This document shows, one piece after another, positions 38,836 to 51,150 of a stretch of DNA of 64,000 nt. This DNA is from Felis catus (taxonomy: Eukaryota). Location of the stretch: positions 190,776,001 to 190,840,000 of the forward strand of contig NC_058368.1 of NCBI RefSeq assembly GCF_018350175.1, in the 5' to 3' direction. Both the position numbers and the translations under genes were made by a program. Position 1 is the stretch's first letter; each line of letters starts with the position of its first letter. The notes under the pieces were generated by a model. That model was not told the origin of the DNA. It made no database searches and saw only the letters and a program-made list of their open reading frames with translations.

Positions 38836-39419
38836 ATGTGACCTTGAAAGAGTTAAAAAACTATTTTGATAGAATTTCTTTTTCCTTATTTTGTCTTATT
38901 TTTCAATAAATCAGTTTGCCAACTAACCAACACGCTAGCATCTCAAAGGACAAATTTACTCTACCATTAAGCATCACATTTAGCTTACTCATTCTTTGAT
39001 AATGATTCCAGACAAGAAAGATACTGAGTGTGAGAAATCTCTCTTTGATTTAGTCTGAAAAAGTTGAGGTAGTGAGGAGAGAACAGTCTTTATAGAACTT
39101 TTCACACTGCATGGACCATCCTCACAGCAGAGCCCCAGAACCGGACCCACTGGGTTTGTCTCCCAGCTCTACTACTTAGGAGATATGAGCTCTCCGCTGT
39201 ATCACTCAGATTCCTTATCTGTTACAGAAAACTTCAAAGAGTTATATCTACCTCTTAGGGTTTATGATTGCTTCATATAGTGTCTATTTCAGAGTGTTAA
39301 TAATTGTCTATATACTGTCTTCCTCCTGTTAATAACTCTCTCAAGTTAAATAGTTAAATATTGTTACTATAATCCAAGAACTAAAGTTTAAGTGGAAAGA
39401 AGGGCCTTTATGTTTTATT

Positions 39420-40300
39420 CAGGATCTGATCCCTTCTTACCCTCCCATGGCTCAGACCACCATCATCTGTTATCTGGAATTCTATACAGCTTCTATCTGG
39501 TCTCCCTGCTTTTATCCTTGCTGCCTTCTTCCCATTTCCTGCTGCTTTCTAAAATAGTAACTTGAGTGGCTCTTTTGAAACTGTGTCAGATAACATGTTT
39601 CCTTTCAATGTCTATATATGTTCCTATAATCTTTATATGTTCCTGTAATCTTTCAATGTCTCCTCCCCTTATCAATGTCTATATATGTTCTTATAATCTT
39701 TATATGTTCCTATAATCTTTCAATGTCTCCTCCCCTTATCCTCAAGAGTAAAAGCTAAAGCCTTAACAATGGTCTGCAAAGCATGAGATGGGTCTGGTCC
39801 CATCACTTGTCTGACCTCATCTCCTAATGCTATCTCCTTGGTCACTCTGCTTCGTTCACACTGGCCTCCTTGTTGTTCCTCAACATCACAAGCATTCTCC
39901 CTTCTCAGGGCCTTTGCACGTCAGCCAAAAACCCTCTTCCGACAAATATCCTCGTGGTGCATTCCCTCACTTCCTTCTTGGCATTGCTCAAATGTCAACT
40001 TTTCAAGAGGCCCACCCTGACGACTCTACTTAATTCTACAACCTCTCCCATTCAGCCTGGCCCTTCATATCCTGCATACTGTGCTAAATTTTTCTTTTTC
40101 CCCCATGGTAATTACTATCTCATGTAGTACGTAATTTACTCATTTTCCTTATGTTTATTGTTTATTTCTGTTTCCATCCACCAGAAGTTAAGCTTTATGG
40201 GTTCAGGGTCTTGGTCTGTTTTAGTCTCTAATGTATCCCAAGTGGCTAAAACAGTGTCTGACACATAATACTCAGTACATACTTGCTGAATAAAATAATA
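39420..40300 (+). mobile_element. L2 (L2a-like) 3' region with internal tandem duplication
   Basis: tggtctccctgctt...cacactggcctcctt...agggcctttgcac...ctcaaatgtca...gtatcccaagtggctaaaacagtgtctgacacata..acttgctgaata. Confidence 0.88.
39605..39740. repeat. 67-bp tandem duplication with nested 19-bp sub-duplication
   Basis: Units start at 39605 and 39672 with two mismatches; each contains tatatgttcctataatctt twice. Confidence 0.92.
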
Positions 40301-40316
40301 AATGCATATCTATCTG

Positions 40317-40366
40317 TCCATCCATCCATCCATCCATCCATCCATTCATCCACCCATCCATCCATC
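40317..40366. repeat. (TCCA)n microsatellite
   Basis: About 12 units, two imperfect. Confidence 0.95.
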
Positions 40367-40369
40367 TAT

Positions 40370-40600
40370 TGAATGGCTGCTAAGTAAAACATATATACTT
40401 GGGGCTCTGCATGACTTATCTTAATTAATCCTCATGTTGATACTTTAATAGGAGTAATACTATCCCTATTTTTAAGACAAAGCAGTTTCAATTCAATGAA
40501 AGAAGTATAACAAGTTTTCCAAGATTGTGGATATGGGAGCTGGGATTTAGACGTAAGTTCTTGACTCTAAATTTAGCATTCTTTCCATAATACCACATCT
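40370..40600 (-). mobile_element. MIR SINE
   Basis: taatcctcat...tatccctatttttaag...gagctgggattt...ttgactctaaa. Confidence 0.65.
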
Positions 40601-41379
40601 TAATACGACAATGGAAAAAGTATGTGATGTGTAACAAAAATCAGTCCATTTGCAGATTGCAGCCCTGCTGGAAGGAGTGACCCAAGGAACCTGCTCAGAC
40701 ACTGGAAAGCCACTTAAGTCCATTCAATACCATTAGATTGATTATGTCTACCTTCAGAGAAGCAAGTGCCAGTGACCCCTATCCTAATAGGAACAATTCT
40801 GATCTATGTTCCTAACTCATCAAAACTAAGTTATCTAAGCCTGAACAGTCAGAAAAACCTTCCTAAGAGTTTCACTCTTTTGCTGATTGGACTAACATAA
40901 TGTTGGATAAATTTTAGCCAGTCTTTTTCTATTGGTGTTGGTTAAGTCTTTTCAAATGAAAAATCATTCTCTCTTTTGACGTATTAAGGCAAAGATGAGA
41001 ATTTCTGTCAATGACTTAAAAAATGGCCTGGACCAATCCTGAGAGAATCTCTAGAAGCCAGATCTGAAGTGGTCCTTGGAGGTTATCCACTATACTTCAT
41101 CAGCTGCAGAGGGGGAAAACTGAGGGCCAGAGTTGCCAAATGACTTCCAGAAAGAACCAACTGTAGAAGAAGAATGAAACTTGTCAGCAGAAGGATGTCA
41201 TATTCTGTACACAGGTGGGAGTTACAGAACGGAATGTCTTCCACATTTTCATTAATATAGTCTTATCTTTCATTAAGACTGGCTTACCTGTGTGTTTCTC
41301 TCCACCACCACCCCCAGAATGAATTCTAATTAATGAGGTTCCTACTGAACTTTCATGGCTAATAAAAAATTGCAATAGC

Positions 41380-41610
41380 AATTATTATTATTGAGTGTAT
41401 GCTATGTGCCAGAGTAAGAGCTAATAACAGTTTCATTTATTATGGATGTTATCCCTCATCTGATTTTTAGATGAGAAAAGTGAAGACCGAGGATATAAAC
41501 TGACTCATCTAAGTTCATCTAGAGAACCAGAGGCAGAAGACAGAGTGGAACTGGTCAGGAGTCGAACTCTAAAACCAATGTTCATACTCACTTTACTACC
41601 CTATATTGTC
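41380..41610 (-). mobile_element. MIR SINE
   Basis: ttattgagtgtatgctatgtgccag...ttttagatgagaaaagtgaag. Confidence 0.7.
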
Positions 41611-42579
41611 TCTTATTGAAATCACCTCCAGTTAATTTCACTTGCCTGAAACACAGAGGATGGAGGAAAAAAATAAGAAGTATTACTCTAAACTCTAACA
41701 ATTATCCAGTATTAACTTACTAATGGCTTGTAAATTATGCCCATCTCTGAATTTCTATTATAAAGTTTTTTGGTTTTATGGATTCCACGAGCTTCCTCCA
41801 TCATGGCATAGATACAGCCCACAGTTGTATTAACGCCACCATCGTATGGAAACTCATGTCGGCACCTGGCAGGATTTCTGGGTGTAGCCCACAATAACTT
41901 TGAGAAAAGGGAGGGTTTCTTTCCAGACCCCCTTCTTCAACTGGCTGATGCAACATTATTTAAATTTAATTACATTTCGTGTAGGATGCGGTCTTTTCCA
42001 CTTCCAAGGGGTTTTGTTACTGCTCTGCAGCTAGGAATTTGGGGGAGGGTGCGGTTCTGGCAGAGGTAAGAAAAATTACATTATAGCTTGTTTGCTTCTA
42101 TTAAGAGATCTAAGAGGAAACTATTACATCTGGCTCCATTTCCATGCCAAATTCTTTAATTGTTTTGTAATTTGAGAAAAAAAAAGTGATCAAAGAAAGC
42201 TGATAGAAATAACTAACCATAAATAAAACAAGCTTATAACAGAATCTTAACTCCGTCACCATGGTAATGCATATGTATATTTCTAACCTCTGACCTCTAT
42301 GACCACTAGAGGCTTTTTATAGAAACTTTTGATATTGACCTTGTTGCATTCTTGTTGGAGGGAAAAATGTAAAGAGATCCAAAAGTTTTACTCCCTAGGC
42401 TTGATAAATATCACTAGCTAGAAACCGACACTGCTTTATAATAATGTGATGTTCTTAGTACCTTTGGATCCTAGAGCTAAATCCTCTTGACATAAAATGG
42501 GGAAAGAAAATCCCTTGATATAGGCACAGATCTCTAGGAGACTCAAAACCAGAAAGTTCGGGATGCCAGTATCCTGCCT

Positions 42580-42780
42580 AATGACCACTGTTACTGAGAA
42601 CTATGCAGAAGTCTTTAATTCTTTTGGTACCCTGGAGAGAGAGGTTCTGTATCCCCACTTTACAGATAAGGCAACTGAGGACAAGTTAGGTAACTTGCTC
42701 TTGTTCTTACCGCTAGAAAGCAGCAAATCTGAAACTTCTTATTCTCAAGGCTGTGTTTTTAACTATTGTTCTATTCTGCC
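42580..42780 (-). mobile_element. MIR SINE
   Basis: tatccccactttacagataaggcaactgagg...ggtaacttgc. Confidence 0.75.
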
Positions 42781-43269
42781 TCTTGTGGAAATATCTGGGC
42801 CACCGTAGATTTTTCCATGCAGAAGTAGCCTCACTATCTACTGAGACAGAACATAGTTTTTGTTGTTGTTTTTTGTAATGTGCCAACATGTATTAAACCC
42901 AAGTTCCACTTTGAAAGCTTAACAGTACCAACGAGACACTCCTGTCTGGCCCATGGATATTCTTCTCACACTGCTCAGCCTGGAGAAGTCATGCAGAAAC
43001 TAAACCTATGGATGGGGAGAGTGGCAGGTGGTGGAGTCCGGGATTGCTGGCTTCATGATGCAAAACCTCCTGGTCTGAGAGATTCAGGGCAGCTTTTGAA
43101 AATGAACCAGGGTTTCTAAGGCTAGAGGCTAAAACCCACACCAACACTCATCTTTCTTCTACTAGACAAAGGTCCACCTTAATACATTCCTACTTTGCAG
43201 AATTAAACAAAATCTAGAAATGGCCTTTGCTCTCCTCCATATGGAGTTCCGGCCCCCATTTCACAGCTA

Positions 43270-43500
43270 ATTTTACCGAGGTCGTACTATCCACCAGGTG
43301 CTATTTAACACTTCGTGTTATCACATTTAATCCCACAACTACCTGTAAAATTAATACAACCATTAACATTTTACAGATAGGAAAAATGAAACAGAGAGAA
43401 GGGAAAGGGTCTTCCCAAGGTCATCTAGCTCATGAAAACCAGAACTGGGATTGAACTGCTGTCAGATCCCAGAAAAGGAGCTCTTAGCCCTATTCTTTGT
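43270..43500 (-). mobile_element. MIR SINE
   Basis: catttaatcccacaac...cattttacagataggaaaaatgaa...cccaaggtca...gaactgggattgaac. Confidence 0.8.
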
Positions 43501-44149
43501 ATGGCAAATGGCTCTGGCATCCATCTGCTAAATGCCTACTTTTGTTTTCCAGAGTACTGTTAGTCATATCACATAATCAAAGACCAATGAGTACCAAACT
43601 TTTAATCAAGTCAAGAAACCTGAGTGATTTTGTTGTGTTTTGTTTTACTAGGACCATCTGCAAGTACAGACAGAAACTGTCTTCAGGCACAGTGAGGATT
43701 TGGGACTTTTCTCTATTCACAACATTGGGCTCCTTGGCTGGTTTCTGAAATTCCTCAGACAGAGCAGCATTTCATTGCCTAGGGTTTTGTTCTCTCATCA
43801 GACAAATGTACCAGGAAAGGCAATCATCCTCAGTGATTACCAATCTCTGACTCCCCCACCCCCTTTGAGACTGAGTGGTACGTATCATTTGCTAAGTGTC
43901 AGATTTAAGCTCTATGTACAGATGATGAAAAACTTAAGGATCATAATGATATGAGATCCATCTCTCTATCCACAGTGACTGGTGTGGTGCGTCTGACACA
44001 GAGTAGGAGTTAAAATATTTGGTTATTTGTATGAAGGATGTGTCTATACAAGTACACGAGTATTTCTATGCAAATAATAACTTGGAAGTTTGTAACATGA
44101 CAGAGAGCTGACTTTTGATGAAAGGAAAGGGTGTGAATCACCAGTAATG

Positions 44150-44390
44150 GTGGCCCTATGTTGAATACTTAGTACACATCAGATGCTGTGCTGACGCTTC
44201 ACATGGATAATATAAAGTGTGCCCGACAACGACATAGGAGGGACTTAATATTTCTATCTCCATCTGCAGTTGAGAAAGGTGAAATGGGAGCGAATAAGTA
44301 ACTTGACCTAAGACTTGGAGCTCACAGTGGTGGAAATGTAGTTTTATGTCAAGTAACTGGAGTCCAGAGACCATACATTTAACCACTGCC
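44150..44390 (-). mobile_element. MIR SINE (host of the SINE cluster)
   Basis: ctccatctgcagttgagaaa...aagtaacttgacctaag...ccagagaccatacatttaaccactg. Confidence 0.7.
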
Positions 44391-44393
44391 TTT

Positions 44394-44605
44394 GCTTATT
44401 TATTTTTCTAAGTTTATTTATTTATTTTGAGATAGAGAGAAAGTGGGGAAGGGGCAGAGAGAGAAGGAGGGGAGAGAATCTCAAGGAGGCTTCACACTGG
44501 CAGCACAGAGCCTGATGTGGGGCCCTAACTCATGAACCAGGAAATCATGACCTGGGCTGAAATCAAGAGTCAAACACTTAACCAACTGAGCCACCCAGAC
44601 ATCCC
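44394..44605 (-). mobile_element. CanSINE, full length
   Basis: Perfect TSD taaccactgccttt 44380-44393 / 44606-44619. Confidence 0.95.
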
Positions 44606-44635
44606 TAACCACTGCCTTTAAAAGGGAGCCACACT

Positions 44636-44858
44636 GGGGCACCTAGGTGGCTCAGTCGGTTGAGTGTCTGACTTCGGCTCAGGTCATGATCTCACAGCTC
44701 TGTGAGTTCGAGCCCCACATCGGGCTCTGTGCTGATGGCTCGGAGCCTGGAGCCTGCTTCGGATTCTGTGTCGCCCTCTATCTCTGCCCCTAACCCACTC
44801 ACATTCTGTCTCTGTCTCTCTCAAAAATAAATCAACTTTAAAAAATTAAAAAAAAATT
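44636..44858 (+). mobile_element. CanSINE whose A tail is interrupted by another SINE
   Basis: ggggcacctaggtggctcagtcggttgag head; TSD aa(a/g)gggagccaca 44621-44633 / 45072-45084 encloses the next SINE. Confidence 0.95.
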
Positions 44859-45056
44859 AACGTTTATTTATTTTGACACAGAGAGACAGAGCATGAACAG
44901 GGTAGGGTCAGAGAGAAGGAGACACAGAATCTGAAACAGGCTCCAGGCTCTGAGCTGTCAGCACAGAGCCCGACGTGGTGCTCAAACTCACAAACTGTGA
45001 GATCATGACCTGAGCCAAAGTCGGATGCTCAGCCGACTGAGCCACCCAGGTGCCCC
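44859..45056 (-). mobile_element. CanSINE nested in the tail of the preceding SINE
   Basis: Reverse head gccgactgagccacccaggtgcccc; flanked by t(A)ntt on both sides. Confidence 0.95.
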
Positions 45057-45565
45057 TAAAAAAAAAAAATTAAGGGGAGCCACATAATAGCTTTTTAAAA
45101 AAAATTAATAAATCATTCAATTAATTCATTCACTCATTCAACAATGTTTTGAGTGTGCTCTTTGCCTTAGGTACTAATATTAGGCACTAGGAATGTAAAT
45201 AAGACAGAATCCTTCCCCATGAATGACCATGTTTCCTGTTTTGATGGACCACTGTCTAAATCAGGACATAATGTGAGAATTTTCACAGGCTTAGAGAAAA
45301 CAGAAGTCACAGAAATTATTTGTTTTGGATATTAAGTTATGAAAGATATAAGATATATGCAGTAATTGAGACCTAACCACAGTGTCATAGGGCAATACGC
45401 CCAGATTGATGGAGAGCACAGGAAAGTGTCATGGAAGGCTACCTGGAGGTGGTGATACTGTGTTCTTAGCTAACAGTTGCAAATCTAAAGTGGACATGGG
45501 CCTCACATGAAGGTCATGTAGACCTAGTGACAGTACAAAATCTTCTTCTAAACACTTTCTGCTAC

Positions 45566-45782
45566 AAGGGGAGGAAAACTTTGTCTGTAAAGGATCAGAT
45601 AGTAAATATTTCAGTCTCTGCAGGCCATACATTCTTGCACAACTATTCAGTTCTGGTATATCCTGAAAGCAGTCATAGACAATACAAAATTGAATGGGCA
45701 TGGCAGCGTTGAGGTAAAACTTTACTTATAAACCCAGGCCACAGGCTGAATTTGCCCATGGTCTGTAGTTTGCTGACCTCTG
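45566..45782 (+). mobile_element. MER58A-like hAT-Charlie MITE
   Basis: aaactttgtctgtaaaggatcagatagtaaatatttcag...gcagtcatagacaatac...tgtagtttgctgacctctg. Confidence 0.85.
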
Positions 45783-47267
45783 TTCTACTGTGTAAAACTA
45801 GAACCTGTTGACGGCTGTATCAGTGTTAACTTCCCCCAAGTTTATGAACACTCACATGACCGGTAGTACTTATTTGGTACAGAAACTGTAGAAAATCAGA
45901 TCAGCTTCTGATCCCAGCATGCAACATGCCTAATTATGACTAACACCTCCCATTTTTATCTGAGGGAAAACATTCTGTGAACAACAGATGGTGTTGCTAT
46001 GGAGTCTTCAACATCCTCCTCAGCTGCAGATGTAACTATGCGGGTTGCAGGCTGAAAATGATCAACCAAGCGATGGCTTCTTGGGAAAATACTTAAAAGA
46101 TAGAAACATTCTTCAGATAGTAAATTCAGAGCCATGGTTGATCTTCTCAAATCAAGAGTACCCACTAGTAAAAAAAATAATAATAAAATAAACCAAAGGC
46201 ACTCATACTACACAGCTAGAAAACCACCAAAAGTAGGGAAGGTAGGGGCAATTAAGACTAGCCAAACCAAGATGACATTATCATTCACAGGGTCGTCTCA
46301 ATTTAAGATCCTATAAAACTGGGTTTCTAAACAATAGAAATTATGATATAGTAAAATCATACAGCTCTGTATTTATAAATAGACCCTTTGGTGTATAACC
46401 TATAACTGCCGTTTCAGAAAAGTGATAAACCTCCTCTAAGTTTGCAAAAGTTCTTATATTAAGTCCTTGTTTTTGTAGGTGTCCATCAAAAAAGAAAACG
46501 TTTAGGGAAGGTCTAACATTATTTCTCAGCCGAGCCAAGAACAAAATGTATATAGTTTGGCTTTGCATTGATTCTTACCTTACCTTAAACTAGCTTAGGT
46601 CCAAAGAGATGACTCTTAGCTTGTTCATTTCTGAAATATTTATTTAGGACACAGGCCAACAAAAGAGAAGAGCTACAGGGGTATAAGCATTAACTAAATG
46701 AAGTTACAATCCATTAGAACCTCCCCATTAGCTGGACACCATTTTGGGTCATTGCTGACCATGTGCAATCCCCCTGCTCTATAGATCAGCATTAGATTCC
46801 TCTGGTACACAGAGAGATACAGCAAAGGGGGACAACAAGGCAGCAGGAGGGTAGCAAGGAAGGACAGTTGACTGGAAAATCACAGAAAAGGATAAAGTCT
46901 GGTAAAAGATCCTTCAAAGGAGAGACGGTGACAAAAAGGATGGAGAAGATTTTAAGTGACAAATAACCATGAATAATGTCATCTTCTTAAGGTCTTCTCT
47001 GCTCTAAGGAACAACAGTAAGATCAACTAGGCTTAGCTTATTTGGAGGGAGGGACATGAGTTTATGTCTAAGCCCATCCCTGGTAGCTGTTTTGTTTTGT
47101 TTTTAGTCATCATCTATATTAGAGTGTTTTAGATATCAGATGTGTAATTCACTGTTTAGGCAATTAAACAAATGTATTTATTGATTTAGTAAATGGGAAA
47201 TTTTAGGCAGAAAAGATCAATTTTCAAAAGGAGAAATACCTAAAGCTTAAAAGATTATGGAAAACTT

Positions 47268-47480
47268 GGGATGCCTGGTGGCTCAGCTGGTTGAGTGTCC
47301 AACTTCAGCTCAGGTCATGATCTCATAGTTTGTGGGTTCGAGCCCTGAGTCGGGCTCTGTGCTGACAGCTCAGAGCCTAGAGCCTGCTTCGGATTCTCTG
47401 TCTCCCTCTCTCTCTGCCCCTCCCCAACTCATGCTCAGTCTCTCTCTGTTTCAGAAATAAGTAAACATAAAAAAATATTT
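47268..47480 (+). mobile_element. CanSINE, full length
   Basis: TSD aaaagattatgg(a/g)aaac 47249-47265 / 47481-47497. Confidence 0.95.
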
Positions 47481-47549
47481 AAAAGATTATGGGAAACAAT
47501 TTTGCTCCTGATGATGATGATGATAATAATAATAATAATAATAACAATA

Positions 47550-49300
47550 AAAACACTTAGTGCTAAATTTAATCAAAGAATCTTAAGACATGCATAATAC
47601 TGAAAAGTATAAAACACTATTGAAAGAAATTAAAGATCTAAATAAAAGGAAAAAAAATCTGATTTTCATTAATTTGAAGACTTGATATTGTTAAGATGGC
47701 AATGCTCCCCAAATTGATCTACAGATTCTGCACAATCCTTATCAGAAGTTCCAACTGCTTCTTTTTTTTATCAGAAATAGATACACTAATCTTAAAATTC
47801 ATAAGAAAAGGCAAAAGATCCCAAATATTCAAATAATCCTGAAAAAGAACAACAAATTTTGAGGCCTCATACTTCCTTATTTCAAAACTTACTAACAAAG
47901 CTACTATAACCTAGTTTGGTGTTGGCTCAAGAATAGACACGTAGACTAAAGGAACAGAACTGCGACTCAGGAAATAAACCCATACACTGTGAAGGTTTTT
48001 CGACAAGGATGTCCAAACCATTCAGTTGTGGAAAGAAGGGTCTTTTCAACAAAAGTTGCCAAGACGATTGGATATCCACATGCAAAAGAATGAATTTAGG
48101 TCCCAGCCTCCGACCATATATGAAGATCAACTAAAAATGGACTGAAAACCTAATGTAAGAGCTAAAATTATAAATAATTATAACCAAACATAAGGTGTAG
48201 CCGTAAATGACAAGGTATTAGACTTCTTAGATAGGACACTAAAAACATAAGCAATCAAAGAAAAAATAGACGCACTGGACTCCATCAAAGAATAAAAATG
48301 TTTTTGTGCCAAAGGACACCATCAAGAAAGTGAAAAGACAACTCACAGAATAAGAGGAAATATTTCCAAGTCACCTTTCTTAAAAGAGTCTCGTATCCAG
48401 AACATACACAGAACTCTTATAAGTAAACAATGTGATGACAAAGCCAGTTGAAAAGTGGACAAAGGATTTGAAGACACATTCCTCCAAAGAAGATATACAA
48501 ATGGCTAATAAGTGCACAAAAAGATGTTCAGTATCATTGGTCATTAGGGAAATGCAGAGAGAAAGTGTAATGGGATACTGCTTCACACCCACTAGGGTGG
48601 TGGTTAGAAAAAACAACAACCAGAAAACATGAAGTGGTGAGGACATGGGGCATCATACATTATTAGTGGAATGTAAAATGGTACCGGCCACTTTTGGAAA
48701 CAGTTTGGCAGGTGGTTCCTTAATGAGTTAAACATAAAATTACCATATGACTCAGCAATTCCACTCCCAGGGATACACCCAAGAAAACATACGTTCACAC
48801 ACAAAGAAACTTGTAAATGGATACGTGTAGCAATGTTATTTAGAGTAACCAAGATGTGGAAACAACTCAAATGTCCGCGAACTGATGATCTATAAACAAA
48901 ATGAGGGGCATCTAAACAACAGAATATTCAACACAGCCATAAAAGGAAGAAAGTCCTGGTACGTGCAATAATACGGATGAGCCTGGAGAACATTATGCTA
49001 AGCGGTAGGAGTCAGACACTAAAAGTCATAGATTATATGTTTCCATTTATATGAAATACACAGAATAGACAAATCTATAGAGACACAAAGCGGATTAGTG
49101 GTTGTCAGGGAATGGGGCGGCGGTGGGGAGAGAATAGAGGGTAAGTGCTGATGGGTCTGGAGTTTCTTTTTTGGGGTGAAGTAAAGGTCCTGGAATGACA
49201 GTAGCAATGGTTGCACAATAGAGTGAATATACTAAAAACCACTGAAGTATATCCTTCAAAATGGCAAATTTTAGGTTTATGTGATTGGCATCTTTATAAA
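47550..49300 (+). mobile_element. L1MB-like element: decayed ORF2 C-terminal half plus 3' UTR
   Basis: atattgttaagatggcaat.ctccccaaattgatctacagatt..., peptide remnant KWTKDLKTHSSKEDIQMANK, cagcaattccactcccagg, 3' end gttgcacaat..gtgaatatactaaaaaccactgaa; many stops and frameshifts. Confidence 0.92.
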
Positions 49301-50739
49301 CAGAGGATTATGAAGGAATGTTGGTCCTCAAATGGATAAAATGAGGACCTTCTTCGAAGTGTGCTAACAAATGATTAAGGGCATCCAAAAGAAGAAATAA
49401 AAAAAGTAAATAAAAGAAGAAATACATTTGTATAGCTTAGTATCCTTTAAGGTGGAATGACCTAAATATAAAGTTAGGTTTGCTAAGGCTTTAGATAAAC
49501 TAACAGATGTGAAAGGGAATTCTGAAAAAACAAGCAAGGAAAAAAAAAAGAACAAGACAAAAAACTAAAATATTTTGGGCTGACGGCAAACACAGAGCAC
49601 AGCTATGCTCTACTGTGAAATGGCCTGTGCTTTCATTGTCATCATCAGTAATATCACTGCTATCACAGAGAGAAATAAGAGATGGGGACATCCCAGGCTT
49701 GGCAGCAGGAGGACATTCTTATTTTCTAATGAGCTGATCCTTACTCTTGAGTGGGTCAGGAGCTTCTCCCCATTCACAGGGCCTCCAAATCCAACTGTAC
49801 TTGAACCATACCTACCTATCTACCTACCTACCTATCATAGATAGGAAGCGTCTTCTGTGTGCAATTGGTTCTAAAAAGGGCATGCTTGCTTCGAACTAGT
49901 TAATCAGAACCAAGAATATAGGATGTTAGATCTCACTAGGGGCAAGACCGCAAACCTGAAGCTGGTACCACCAGTCCTCCTACTCTTGTGCCTAAGGCAG
50001 CCTTGCTAACTGCTAACTGAACACTTTCTCCCTTGGGCTCAGCATCAGTTTCCCAGTTTCTCTTAGTGCAGCAATCTAGGCAGAAAGGACGCAGCCCACA
50101 GAGTTGGTAACCAAGAGGAAACTGATTTACACATTTGCCCTGTAGGCTCTCCTCCCGGTGACATCAGGGGGAATGAACAGAGAAGCACAGTGTTAGAAAC
50201 GTGCGCTTGTCTGTCTGCGGCATAAGTTCTAGTTTACTTTCAATATTTGAATGGCAGAACCATAGAGGGGAAGACTCGCTTTCACATGTCCGTGCTGTGG
50301 AAAAAAGCCTGGCAGTGCATCCCAGAAGCCGCCTCTTAGGGTTAAACAGGCCAAGAGAGATGCCCCAGTGTGACTGGTGAGGTCAAGTGAAGAGCAAAAA
50401 GAGAACTCTTTTCACTCCTGTTACTCAGGAACAGCTTTGTGGTGAGATGACATTTTCATCAGGCCTTTGAAGAAAGGGGAAAAGTGGTAGAAAGTTTGGG
50501 GAGAAGCAGAATGTGAGAACGCATGGAATGGACAAATGAGGAAATGGTGATCTGTATTAAGGGTGGCAGGGCAGATATTGTCAAGCATCGACAGAGAGGT
50601 TGCTAGACCAGGAGAGATTTCTCTGAGAATTACAAATCACTGTGACAAGGTCAACTTAAACATATATTGTTTTCATCTTTCTTCCTTTTTATTTCCTTCT
50701 TGTCTCTCCCTTTTATCCTTCATTTCTTTCCATTTCACA

Positions 50740-50937
50740 CTTGTATTCATTAAATGACTACCAGATTTCACCACGTGCCAGGCACTGTTCTAGGCATTAG
50801 AGATAAAGAATACAAAACAGAGAAGTCCCTCCCCACTTCCCTACAGACATATACTTCAAGGGGAGGAACCAGGAGGGGCAGACTTGCCTGTGACATCGTG
50901 AGAGCAATAGTCTGGAAGATCAGAGAAGATCCAGCAG

Positions 50938-50983
<46 letters not shown>

Positions 50984-51150
50984 ACACAGGGAAGGGATGA
51001 GAAAGATACACACTGCCATTAAAATATTCCAGGCAGCTAGAAAAGTGCCAAGACCCTGAGGTTGAGATTGCTTGCATTTTTGGAGGGCGCAGGGCTAAGG
51101 ACTGATGAGGTGAGTACAGGGACAAGGTCAGAAAAGATCTGGGGGCACCA
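50740..51150 (-). mobile_element. L2 3' region (reverse) containing a TG microsatellite
   Basis: cacgtgccaggcactgttctaggcattagagata...tattccaggcag...gtgccaagaccctgagg. Confidence 0.7.
50939..50980. repeat. (TG)21 microsatellite
   Basis: Pure TG run, followed by tacacaca. Confidence 0.97.

Noticed and set aside
45956..46165. Exon-like minus-strand segment (IFPRSHRLVDHF...MFSLR) after a ttttaag acceptor
   Set aside because: All frames hit stops before a convincing donor, and no protein is recognisable.
47927..48870. ORFs with L1 ORF2-like peptides
   Set aside because: Decayed L1MB remnant with stops and frameshifts; not a functional CDS.
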